Below are positions 38,156 through 49,092 of a DNA stretch of 64,000 nt, one piece after another. The position numbers were made by a program, and so were the translations under genes. The stretch's first letter is position 1. The number at the start of each line of letters is the position of its first letter. The DNA is from Eledone cirrhosa (Eukaryota). The stretch lies in contig OZ024741.1 of NCBI GenBank assembly GCA_964016885.1, positions 75,454,001-75,518,000 on the forward strand. Reading direction: 5' to 3'. Under the pieces are notes generated by a model. The model saw nothing but the letters and a program-made list of their open reading frames with translations, was not told where the DNA came from and made no database searches.

Positions 38156-38684
38156 GTCAGATTGCTCTCGAGTGCTACTGGTAACATGTAACCCAGTATA
38201 ACCTGTCTCATGGTCACGTCGTCGGCAACTAAACTGGTAACGCCACCAAGCTAGCTTGGTGAGGAGGGTGGTATTTGGACACCCTGCGGGATGAAATACA
38301 AGACCCGGCAAAGGGCGGAGGAACTGAACGGAGTCAACGGCCATCTAAATAGTAGTTTGTTTTATTTTTTACCTGGGAGTGAAAGGCCTCCAGTTGTTGT
38401 GACAACACGTTTCTAGGAGAAGGAAACTCTGGAATAAATCCTCTGGCCTCATAAGTATCCAGTGATGTTGACCAGTTCTCATTTTCGGGTAGTGTGTTTC
38501 TGATGCTCAGAGAGTGGGATTGGTCGAGTGCAAAGCCTTTGCTCCCTTAAAAAATCTTTAAAGCACAGACATTGCTTGTTCAGGATATGTTACAGGTTTG
38601 TGTGGCTGGCCATAGCCTAAAAGTGCACCAAACTCTATAATCTGACAAGCGATTGCAATACTCTTAGCAGAGTTTGCAGCCATC
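38156..38684 (+). mobile_element. 530-bp non-coding insertion, probably a non-autonomous RTE derivative
   Basis: Flanked by the 12-bp duplication ATATAATTAGTT (38144-38155 and 38685-38696). Contains the RTE-5'UTR-like CTAGGAGAAGGAAACTCTG and ends in CATCAT. Confidence 0.6.
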
Positions 38685-38696
38685 ATATAATTAGTT

Positions 38697-38882
38697 ACAA
38701 CAATGACATATACAGGTACTTAAGTTTCGTTGGGTTATACACCCCAACTCATTCACCTGTTGTATAAACAAAGATGGCTACCTCCCATTATGCGGAGGTA
38801 GAGATCTTTGTTTATATAACAGACTGAATGAGTTGGGTGTATAACCCAATGAAACTTAAGTACCTGTATATGTCACTGTTGT
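38697..38882. ncRNA. fold-back element with a minimal type I hammerhead-like motif in each arm
   Basis: Arms 38697-38785 / 38794-38882. Plus copy: ACAGA-CTGAATGA-GTTGGGT(gtata)ACCCAAT-GAAAC-TTAA-GTA-CCTGT. Minus copy: ACAGG-TGAATGA-GTTGGGGT(gtata)ACCCAAC-GAAAC-TTAA-GTA-CCTGT. Confidence 0.7.
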
Positions 38883-38975
38883 TACTTACATTATACTTAA
38901 CTCGTCCTATGGACTAGGGGCTCTTACACTTAGATATTTCTACCAAACCTGTACTACAGTATATAATATATAATT

Positions 38976-39311
38976 ATCATCATCATCATCATCATCATTT
39001 TACGTCTGCTTGCAAGGGTGGGACGGGAACTAATTCTGGTTTGATTTCTACAGCTGGATGCCCTTCCTAACACCAACCTCATTTACAGTGAGTGCTGGGT
39101 GCTTTTTTGCCGTGGCACCTCCACGTCCACTTTGCAGTGGAATGATATGGACCCCAGTCCCTATCATCTCATTTCTACAGCTGAGTAAACTGGAGCAATG
39201 TGAAATAAAGTGTCTTGCTCAAGGAAACAACACATCATCCGGTCTGAGAATTGAACTCACAACCTTTCTATTGCAAGGCCTATGCTCTAACCACTAAGCC
39301 ATGTGCCTCCA
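38976..39311 (-). mobile_element. full-length tRNA-derived CORE-type SINE
   Basis: Reverse strand: GGAGGCACATGGCTTAGTGG (A box), GAGTTCAATTC (B box), CORE-like CCTTGAGCAAGACACTT...CAGTTTACTCAGCTGTAGAAATGAG, RTE-related 3' part and (TGA)n tail. Confidence 0.9.
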
Positions 39312-39518
39312 TATATATATATATATATTTCGTTTCTGAATTTGTTTAGCAAGATTCTTTATCTGAAATCGTGTGTTGAAACCGATATTGTTATACTTAG
39401 GGAACCAACCAACCAACCAGAAATTTATAAGTTTATAAATTTATAAATATATAATAAATTGAAGTGAAAGCAACTGGTGCGTGTGTTTCTTATTGGCAAC
39501 ATGACCCTCCCTAAGTAT

Positions 39519-39590
<72 letters not shown>

Positions 39591-40034
39591 ATGTATGTAT
39601 GTATGTATTGTGTGTGTATTCATGTGGGTATTTATCTGTACCTATAACTTAGCAGTTCAACAAAACGCTGTTGATGAAACAAGTATCAGACTTGGGAAAA
39701 CAATTACTGGATTCATTACAATCAATTTTATGATGGTGCCCCAGCATGGTCAAGGTTTATTGGCTAAACCATTAAAGGAAAAAAATAGCTTTGTTTACAT
39801 CAGATTTAATTGTTGGCTTTGTTTTATATACTTCATAGCAAAAATAATTTTAGTGATGCTATTTATTCCGGGGAACATAAAATATAACAATATTCTAGAT
39901 AATAATAAATTGGAATAATACCCCATAGAAATCAAATTGATCATCTCCTAAGAGATTGATTTATTGAAATATTGAAATGTTTTGCTTATTTTTCATAATT
40001 AACAGTTTTATTTACAATGATATCTTTGTTGTTT

Positions 40035-40240
40035 GTTGCAATAAAGCTATTTTGCCTTCACAATATTTCATTAAAGCTATTTTGTCTTGATAAAGATATT
40101 TCAATAAAGTTATTTCATCTTGATAATGATATTTCCATAAAACTATTTTGCCATGATAATGATATTTTGTTAACACTATTTTGCTTTAATAATGATATTT
40201 TGATGAATCTATTTTATCTTGGTAATAATATTTCAATTCA
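40035..40240. repeat. degenerate minisatellite, about 33-bp period, about 6 copies
   Basis: Unit approximately AATAAAGCTATTTTGYCTTGATAATGATATTTC. Confidence 0.8.
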
Positions 40241-40792
40241 AATCAGAGTCTTAGATTGGCAAAATTGGTAGAGTGTCAGATAAAATGTAGTATTTGTTCT
40301 TGTTCTTTATATTCTGAGTTCTATTCCTGGCACAGTCAACTCTGTTTTTCATCATTCCAAAGTTGATAACAAAGTTACTGTCAAGTACTAGTGGGTGGGA
40401 GGATTTATCATTTTTTTTTTCTTTCCCAAAATTTTCTGGCCTTGTGGTTAAATTAGAAATCAATACAAATTCATTTGATGATAAAAGTTTTGGTTAGATT
40501 TCTGCTTGAATGACATAACAATGAATATTCAGTTGTTCAATCAAATGAGGGTCTGATTTGTTATGATAATATATAAGTAGTTGAGTATTCCACAATGTAG
40601 CATGGTGAGAGTACTATATTGGCAACCAGGTAATGAATTGATGGAGTGTTAGAACATTGGATAGAATTCATTAAATCATGTAAACATCCAATTCTCTGTG
40701 CTTTCTGAGTTCAAATTTTGCTTGAGATCATCTTTGCCTTTCATCCTTTTAAGGTTGATTGAAATTAGTATTAGTCTAGTACTGGGGTCAGT

Positions 40793-40845
<53 letters not shown>

Positions 40846-41123
40846 AAGAAGAATAAGGATATATATATATATATGATTATGGTTTAGTGCAACCAACTGG
40901 CCAGACAACCCTTGTAGTGGGGCCACCCAGCCCTCGAAATATCGTTCCTATGAGAGCCAGCTGGCTAAACTTGTCTCACGACGTGGGCAAACTGCCTAAC
41001 CCATGCAAGCATGGAAAAATAGGTTTTAAATGGTGATGAGGATGATATGGGGATGTGTGTGTATGTGTTAGTGTTTATATATATATATATTGTGTGTATG
41101 TGTGTGTATATACATAGAAATAT

Positions 41124-42742
41124 ATCATCATCATCATCATCATCATCATTGTTTAACGTCTATCTTCCACGTTAGCATGGGGTAGACGGGAATTGTCCCA
41201 CATGAGGCAAGATTGGTCGGGTGACCGTGTCTCGCTCATATAGGACTATCTGGCAGGTTTTCTATGGCTGGATGCCCTTCCTAACACCAACCACATTATA
41301 ATGTGGGCTGAGAGCTTTTTACCGTGTAACCTACACAGCCACATTACAGCGTGAACTGTGTTTTTTTGTCGTGACACCTACACAACCTCATTAATTTGGA
41401 CTGGATGTTGTGGTACCAACATAGCTTTACAGAGAAAGGGTGGTGTTGGTGGGAGTGGGAGGATGGAGTAGGAGTAGTGCGTTGGGGTGTATATTTGGTT
41501 AAGAGGTGCCTACTGACTGTAGGTTTCGCTTTGTACATAGGCAAGGCGGGTCTTCTGTAATACTGCATGGCGCCAGAGATCTCGGTCCAGTGACATTGTC
41601 TTAGAGAGGTACAAGTGTGTAAGGTTGGGATTTATCAAATTGTCCCAGGTTTTTCTGGGTCTACCTACGCCGTAACTTCCATCAATTTTGATTGCCCTGT
41701 ACTTTTTTATACAGCTGTCGTCATTCATGAACATCACGTGACCATACCAACATAGTCTTCTCTCAAGTAAACAGCATCTGATCCCTCTTATTCCTAATTT
41801 CTCACTTAGTTCATTTATGTTTTGCCGTTCACGTACATTACTATTACACATCCAACGGAGCATGCATGTTTCATTCGTTTCCAGTCTGCACAGGTCCTCT
41901 GCACACAATGCCCATGTCTCACTGCCCTGCAACATTCCTGTTCGTATACAGGCATCATACAACCTGCCTTTCATTTTTAGAGAGAAACCTTTTGTGGCCA
42001 ACAGCAGTGTAAGCTCTCTGAACTTTTTCCATCCCGTTCTGACTCTGGCTACTGTACTTTCAGAGCACCCTCCACCACTGCTGATTTTGTCTCCCAGGTA
42101 ACAGAAAGTATCCACTATTTCTATAGAACCATCTGGGCAATAGAAAGAGCTAGTATTCTGTGGGTACTTGCTACTTATTGCACCTGAGCATCGGCCACAT
42201 ATAACATCTACGTTTTTAGTAGCTTACCTGTGATCCCACTACATCTTTTATATACCCATAGTTTGCATTTGGGACATAAAATGGAATTTCTACCTACTCC
42301 TTTCCTACACACTGAGCATGGCCATTTCCCAGAGGGCACCTGTGTCCTATTTTACTTTCTACATACTAGAACTTTAGTCTTAGACAAGTTAACTTTGAGG
42401 CCTTTTGATTGTAGGCCAGGCTTCCATGTTTGGAATTTCTTCTCTAGTTCAGCCATAGATTCAGCTATGAGAGTTAGATCATCTGCATATAGAAGATCCC
42501 ATGGGCAGCTAGTCTTAAACTCCTCTGTTATAGCCTGAAGGGCAATAATAAATAGGAGGGGGCTAAGGACAGAGCCTTGATGAACACCAACTTTTACGCT
42601 AAATTCTTCACTATATTCATTGTTAATTCTAACCTTGCTGACCGTTTCTTTATACATAGTTTGTATAGCTCTCACGAGCTATTCATGAACACCTAGTTTT
42701 CTAAGAGACCACCAGATAAGATAATGGAGCGGGGGACTCTTT
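41124..42742 (-). mobile_element. RTE lineage B, 5'-truncated
   Basis: ORFs 42352-42675 (GVHQGSVLSPLLF, LYADD) and 41510-42115. (CAT)n tail at 41124 and (TA)n at the 5' break. Confidence 0.93.
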
Positions 42743-42759
42743 GATATATATATATATAT

Positions 42760-42766
42760 ATCATCC

Positions 42767-42798
<32 letters not shown>

Positions 42799-43358
42799 TT
42801 CGTTTAACGTCCATTTTCCACGCTAGCATGGGTTAGACGGGAGTTGTCCCAATTTGAGTCAAGGTTGGTCGGGTGACCGTGTCTTGCTCGTATAGGACTG
42901 TCTGGCGGGTTTTCTACGGCTGGATGCCCTTCCTAAAACCAACCACGTTTACAGTGTGGACTGGGAGGTTTTTACCGTGTTACCTACATGGCCACATTAC
43001 AGCGTAGACTGTGTGTTTTTTTGTCGTGACCTACACGACCTCATTTATTTTGGACTGGATGTTGTGGTACCAACATAAATTTACATCGAAAGGGGTGGTG
43101 TGGATGGGGTGGGGGTAGTGGGACGGAGGTGTATTTTTGTTAAGAGATGCCTACTGACTGTAGCTTTCGCTTTGTACTTAGGCAAGGCGGGTCTTCTGTA
43201 TTACTGTGTAGCGCCAAAGATCTCAGTCCAGTGACATTGTCTTGGAGAGGTGTAAGTGTGTGAGGTCGGAATTTATCAAGTTGTCCCAGGTTTTTTGGGG
43301 TCTGCCTACACCGTGGCTACCATCTATTTTTATCGCCCTGCACTTTTTCATACAGCTT
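42760..43358 (-). mobile_element. RTE lineage B 3' fragment
   Basis: (CAT)n tail, 3' UTR and last codons homologous to the neighbouring copies. Confidence 0.9.
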
Positions 43359-43394
43359 TTTTATACTAAAAGAGTATCATTATATCCACATAAG

Positions 43395-43958
43395 GGCGGT
43401 GGATTGGCAGTATCAGTAGAGGGTCGGACGCCATGCTTTGACGCATAGAGTTACGGCCCTTGTCATTCTGAGTTCAAATCCCGCCAAGGTTAACTTTGCC
43501 TTTCACCCTTACGGGGTCGATAAAATAAAGTACCAGTAATACACTGGGTAATTGCTGGCCTTGTGCCAAAAGTAGAAACAATTATATCCACATATTGGCA
43601 GTGTCGGTAGAAGGTCAGACGCCATGCTTTGATGCATAGAGTTACGGCCCTTGCCATTCTGTGTTCAAATCCCGCCGAGGTTAACTTTGCCTTTCATCCT
43701 TATAAAGTACCAGTAATCCACTGGGTAATTGCTGGCCTTGTGCCAAAAGTAGAAACAATTATATCCACATATCGGTGGATTGGCAGTATCGGTAGAGAGT
43801 CGGACGCCATGCTTTCTAGCATAGCTACGTCCCTTTACGGTCTGAATTCAAATCCCGCCAAGGTTCACTTTGCCTTTCATCCTTACGGGGTCGATAAAAT
43901 AAAGTACCAGTAATGCACTGGGTAATTGCTGGCCTTGTGCCAAAAGTAGAAACAATTA
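43395..43958 (+). mobile_element. three tandem Nin-domain SINEs
   Basis: A box TGGCAGT(A/G)TC(A/G)G, B box GTTCAAATCC, Nin-like GCCTTTCATCCTTACGGGGTCGATAAAATAAAGTACCAG. ATTATATCCACA occurs at all four junctions. Confidence 0.9.
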
Positions 43959-44232
43959 TATCCACACTGTGCAATTTGAGAATCCTAATGTATATGTATT
44001 TATAAGTTCTATAAGTTCAAAGTAAACATAACATCTATAAATACTATGTATCAACTTTCTTTATTCCTTATTATTTATGTCACATGCATATATGTATCTA
44101 CATTTTCATATTTAGTCATATTCTTACTTATTTTTATCTTTATTTTTAATTGCTATGAGTGGATTTAAAATAGGGTACATGAACAACTATTGAGGTCATA
44201 ATTTTGATTACTACAACAACCATTACTGCTAT

Positions 44233-44306
<74 letters not shown>

Positions 44307-44369
44307 AACCCTTCTAATAAGACACCTTTTAACACATAAAACAGAAGTAATGGTAATCCACAAATAATA

Positions 44370-44740
44370 GATCACAAATGCTCTTAGATCTCAGTAGTGC
44401 AATTTCTGGTGGTTGAAAAGTCCACTGTTTGTAGGAAATTACATCCTTACATCTTTGTTCATATCACTATAGGCATGTTTCAGTATTACAGAGAAGAAAA
44501 GGGCAAACCATGAAACAACCTAGTTTTGTATGATTTGTGACAGCTTTCACCCTCCATGATCGATGGTCTGTGCCAACTCAAGTGTTTAAGTTTCCCATTA
44601 TAATGAGCTTATCCTTGTTGAACATTTCTGATGACATTGCAAAGTTGGTCATAGAAGTCATCCATTTCCCGCTCAGAGTTTGTCATGGTTCAGGCATAGC
44701 AACTTATTAGTGTGGCAATAGTATTATCTACTGTTGCTTT
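44370..44740 (-). mobile_element. old RTE (BovB-like) APE endonuclease fragment
   Basis: Reverse strand reads NKDKLIIMGNLNT*VGTDHRSW, matching the DKLIILGDFNARVG motif. Confidence 0.55.
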
Positions 44741-44970
44741 GAAAATAGAATCAAATAATTTAAATAAATGATATTTCAATATCAGATGTACCATCATCTA
44801 GAAATTAAAGAAATATTTATTTCAAAGTGATTCAAACGTTTTTAACAAACATACCCTTGCAAGCAGGGAAAAGCAGAAGTAAAATGATGATAATGATTTC
44901 AATATTAGACAATAACATTATCTGGTGATACAATATAATATATGTATGTATGTATGTGTGTGTGTGTGCA

Positions 44971-45797
44971 TATCATCATCATCATCATCGTTTAACGTCC
45001 ATTTTCCACGCTAGCATGGGTCTGGACGGGAATTGTCCCACTTGAGGCAAGATTGGTTGTCTTGCTCAGGACTGTCTGGCGGGTTTTCTACGGCTGGCTG
45101 GCCTTCCTAACACCAACCTCGTTTACAGTGTGGACTGGGAGGTTTTTACAGTGTTACCTACACGGCCACATTACAGCGTGGACTGTGTGTTTTTTTTGTC
45201 GTGACACCTACACGACCTCATTTATTTAGGACTGGATGTTATGGTACCAACATAGCTTTACATCGAAAGGGGTGGTGTAGATGGCGGTGGGGGTAGGGTT
45301 AGTGGGACGGGGGTGTATTTTGGTTAAGAGGTGCCTACTGACTGTAGGTTTCGCTTTGTACTTAGGCAAGGCGGGTCTTCTGTATAACTGTGTAGCGCCA
45401 AAGATCTCAGTCAAGTGACATTGTCTTGGAGAGGTGTAAGGTTGTGAGGTCGGATTTATCAAGTCGTCCCAGGTTTTTCTTGGTCTGCCTACTCCGTAGC
45501 TACCGTCTATTTTTATCGCCCTGCACTTTTTTATACAGCTGTCATCTTTCATGCGCATCACATGACCATACCAACGTAGTCTTCTCTCGAGTAAACAGCA
45601 TCTGATCCCACTTATTCCTAATTTCTCACTTAGTTCATTTATGCTTTGCCGTTCGCGTATATTACTATTACACATCCAGCGGAGCATGCAGGCTTCGTTC
45701 CTCTCCAGTCTGCGTAGATCCTCTGCACCCAAGGCCCATGTCTCACTGCCATGTAACATCGCTGTTCGTATGCAGGCATCATACAGCCTGCCTTTTA
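44971..45797 (-). mobile_element. RTE lineage B 3' fragment
   Basis: ORF 45226-45759 (LHGSETW...RRLRWYGHVMR), 3' UTR and (CAT)n tail. Confidence 0.92.
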
Positions 45798-45837
45798 TTT
45801 TTATATATGTATATATATGAGCGGGATGACTGTATAT

Positions 45838-48692
45838 ATCATCATCATCATCATCATCATCAACGTTTAACGTCCGTGTTCCACGCTTGCATGGGTTTGG
45901 ACGGGGGTAGTCCCACTTGAGGCAAGAGTGATTGTCTTGCTCGCATAGGACTGTCTGGCAGGTTTTCTACAGTTGGATACCCTTCCTAACACCAACCACA
46001 TTTACAGTGTGGGTCTGGGAGGTTTTTACCGTGTTGCCTACACGGCCACATTACAGCGTGGACTGTGTGTTTTTTTGTCGTGACACCTACACGATCTCAT
46101 TTGTTTCGGCCTGGATGGTGTGGCACCAACACAACTTTACATAGAACGGGGTGGCGTGGATGGGGTGGGGGTGGTGGGACGGGGGGGGGGGGGGGGGGTA
46201 TTTTGTTAGAGATGCCTACTGGCTGTAGTAGGTTTTACTATGTATTTAGGTAAGGCGGGTCTTCTCTGTTACTGAGTACCGCCAAAGGTCTCGGTCCAGT
46301 GACATTGTCTTGGAGAGGTGTAAGTGTGTGAGGTCGGAGTTTATCAGCTCGTCCCATGTTTTTCTAGGTCTGCCTATTCCGTGGCTACCGTCTATCTTTA
46401 TTGCCCTGCACTTTGTTATACAGCTATCGACTTTCATGCGCATCACGTGTCCATACCAACGTAGCCTTCTCTCGAGTAAACAACATCTGATCCCTCTTAT
46501 TTCTAATTTTTTCCTTAGTTCGTTTATGCTTTGCCGTTCACGTATATTACTGTTACACATCCAGCGGAGCATGCAAGCTTCGTTCCTCTCTAGTCTGCGT
46601 ATATCCTCTGCACACAATGCCCAGGTCTCACTGCCATGCAACATTGCTGTTCGTATGCAGGCATCGTACAACCTGCCTTTCATTTTTAGGGAGAACCCTT
46701 TAGCAGCTAATAGTGGTATAAGCTCTCTGAACTTTTTCCAACCAGTTCTGACTCTAGCTACTGTACTTTCAGAGCACCCTCCCCCACTGCTGATTTTATC
46801 ACCCAGGTAACGGAAACTGGCCACTATTTCTATAGAACCCTCTGCGCAATTGAAAGAGCTAGTATTTTGTGGGCACTTGCTGCTACTTATTGCACCAGAG
46901 CACCGGCCACATGTAAAATCTATGTTCTTAGTTAGCTTACCTGTGATCCCACTACATCTTTTATGCACCCATACTTTGCATTTAGGACATAAAATGGAGT
47001 TTCTACCTACTCCTTTCCTACACACCGAGCACGACCATTTCCCAGAAGGGACCGCCGCCTTATTTTCTTTCCTACAAACTAGAACTTTAGTCTTAGCCAG
47101 GTTAATTTTAAGGCCTTTTGATTCTAGGCCGTGCTTCCATGTTTGGAATTTCTTCTCTAGCTCGGCCATTGATTCTGCTATGAGTGTCAGGTCGTCTGCG
47201 TATAGGAGTTCCCATGGGCAGCCGGTCTTGAACTCCTCTGTTATAGCCTGAAGGGCAATAATAAATAGTAGGGGGCTGAGAACAGAGCCCTGATGGACGC
47301 CAACTTTTACGCTAAACTCTTCACTATATTCGTTGTTAATTCTAACCTTGCTGACTGTTTCTTTATACATGGCTTGTATAGCTCTCACAAGCCATTCGTC
47401 AACGCCTAGTTTTCTAAGAGCCCACCAGATAATGGAGCGGGGGACTCTGTCGAAGGCTTTCTCCAAGTCGACAAAAGCTAAGTAGAGGGGTTTACCTTTA
47501 GCTAGGTACTTCTCCTGTAGTTGTCGTACAATGAAAAGAGCGTCTGTGGTACTTTTGCCTGACACAAACCCGAACTGCCTTTCATCTAGGTCAATTCTCT
47601 CTCTGATTAGTTGTGCTATTACTTTTTCCGTGACCTTCATGACCTGGTCGATTAATTTAATGCCTCTATAGTTACTCCTATCTAGGGCGTCTCCTTTACC
47701 CTTATAACAGTTAACGATGATGCTGCTATGCCAGTCCTTCGGAACAACCCCATTCTGTACGACTTGGTTAACTATGCGGGTGACCATGATGTGTCCCACC
47801 GTGCCAGATGCCTTCAGCATCTCAGCAACTATTTCCGAAGGCCCAGCCGCCTTACCCGTCTTCATATCCTTGATTGCCTTACTTATTATACTCCCCTCAA
47901 CTAACACTGCTGGTCCCTCTATTGGGTCGATATGGGGGAGACTGTCTTTCTCCCATTTATTCTCCTCATTTAGTAGCCTTTCATAGTGACACTTCCAAGC
48001 TACCTTCTTATCAGCGTCGGTGATGGCAAGTGTGCCATCGTCGTTTAGTACACACATCTCCCCGACAATATCACGGTTTTCCTTGACGCATTGCCTAGCA
48101 ATCCTGAACACCTCACGTTTTTGGTCATCGCGTTGTAGAACATGCTTGAACTTTCTTTCCTCAGCTTCCCTTCTTGCTAAGTACACTTGTCTCCTAGCTT
48201 CCCTCCTGGCCACTTGATAGTCTTCTCTACTTCCCCCATCCCGCCATACTTTCCAAGCCTGCTTTTTGGCTTTAATTGACCCCTCCACCTTACTGTTCCA
48301 CCACCATGTTACTCTCCTCCTGCCTACAGGCCTGCTCCAGCCACAGACTTCGTCTGTCGCCGTCAGCAGGTTTGCTTTCAGAAATTCCCACTCTCCCTCT
48401 ATATTGTCCGACTCTAAATGTTCTTCCTTACTGTCGAAAGCATCAAGTAATATGCTTTAAAATTTATTCCTGGCTGTGGGGTCCTTTAGCTTCCATATTT
48501 TTCTCCTGAGGATAGTCCTCTTCTGCTGTCGAGTACGTCTCGTCATGACTATGAGGTCGCTAATTATCAGTCTATGTTGGGAGGTGCATTCTTCATGGGG
48601 GAGGGATTTAGTGTTTACAACAGACACTCTGTCACGTCTTCTGGTAAGGCTATAATCTACCTGGCTTGTGTGTTCCCCGGATCTATAGGTGA
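45838..48692 (-). mobile_element. RTE lineage B LINE, young, truncated within the APE domain
   Basis: Uninterrupted 680-aa ORF, upstream APE remnant TYRSGEHTSQVDY...SQHRL, (CAT)n tail, and (TA)n at both ends. Confidence 0.95.
46246..48288 (-). CDS. RTE reverse transcriptase (partial ORF, RT domain through C-terminus intact)
   Basis: NYRGIKL, QFGF, FVDLEKAFD, QGSVLSPLLF, YADD, FRYLG and RRLRWYGHVMR with no stops. Confidence 0.9.
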   Translation of the reverse strand: MEGSIKAKKQAWKVWRDGGSREDYQVARREARRQVYLARREAEERKFKHVLQRDDQKREVFRIARQCVKENRDIVGEMCVLNDDGTLAITDADKKVAWKCHYERLLNEENKWEKDSLPHIDPIEGPAVLVEGSIISKAIKDMKTGKAAGPSEIVAEMLKASGTVGHIMVTRIVNQVVQNGVVPKDWHSSIIVNCYKGKGDALDRSNYRGIKLIDQVMKVTEKVIAQLIRERIDLDERQFGFVSGKSTTDALFIVRQLQEKYLAKGKPLYLAFVDLEKAFDRVPRSIIWWALRKLGVDEWLVRAIQAMYKETVSKVRINNEYSEEFSVKVGVHQGSVLSPLLFIIALQAITEEFKTGCPWELLYADDLTLIAESMAELEKKFQTWKHGLESKGLKINLAKTKVLVCRKENKAAVPSGKWSCSVCRKGVGRNSILCPKCKVWVHKRCSGITGKLTKNIDFTCGRCSGAISSSKCPQNTSSFNCAEGSIEIVASFRYLGDKISSGGGCSESTVARVRTGWKKFRELIPLLAAKGFSLKMKGRLYDACIRTAMLHGSETWALCAEDIRRLERNEACMLRWMCNSNIRERQSINELRKKLEIRGIRCCLLERRLRWYGHVMRMKVDSCITKCRAIKIDGSHGIGRPRKTWDELINSDLTHLHLSKTMSLDRDLWRYSVTEKTRLT

Positions 48693-48752
48693 TTATATAT
48701 ATATATATATATACATTATATATATATATACATTTATACATTTATATATGTA

Positions 48753-49092
48753 TCATTTCATTCATTTCATTTTACGTCCGCTTTTTCCCTGCTTGCAAGG
48801 GTGGGACGGCAACTGATTATGGCTTGAGTTCTACAGCTGGATGCCCTTCCTAACACCAACCTCATTTACAGTGAGTGCTGAGTGCTTTTTTGCCGTGGCA
48901 CCTCTACGACCACGTTACAGTGGAATGATAGGGACCCCAGTCCTTATCATCTCATTTCTACAGCTGAGTAAACTGGAACAATGTGAAATAAAGTGTCTTG
49001 CTCAAGGAAACAACACATCACCCGGTCTGAGAATTGAACTCACAACCTTTCGATTGCAAGGCCAATGCTCTAACCACTAAGCCATGTGCCTT
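48753..49092 (-). mobile_element. full-length CORE-type SINE
   Basis: Same structure as 38976-39311, with a (CATTT)-like tail on the plus strand. Confidence 0.9.

Noticed and set aside
39240-39311. tRNA-like sequence with A and B boxes (also near 49020-49092 and 51440-51512)
   Set aside because: These are SINE heads fused to CORE and LINE-related parts, with no proper acceptor stem.
40017-40271. 84-aa ORF with 11-residue repeats (IKLFCLDKDIS)
   Set aside because: Explained by a 33-bp AT-rich minisatellite, with no recognisable family.
43379-43966. Regularly spaced 12-bp direct repeats resembling a CRISPR array
   Set aside because: The intervening units are homologous SINE copies, there are no cas genes, and the DNA is eukaryotic.
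46310-48217. Plus-strand ORFs overlapping the RT (likewise 7653-8771, 14470-15471 and 16805-17155)
   Set aside because: Antisense shadows of LINE coding sequence.
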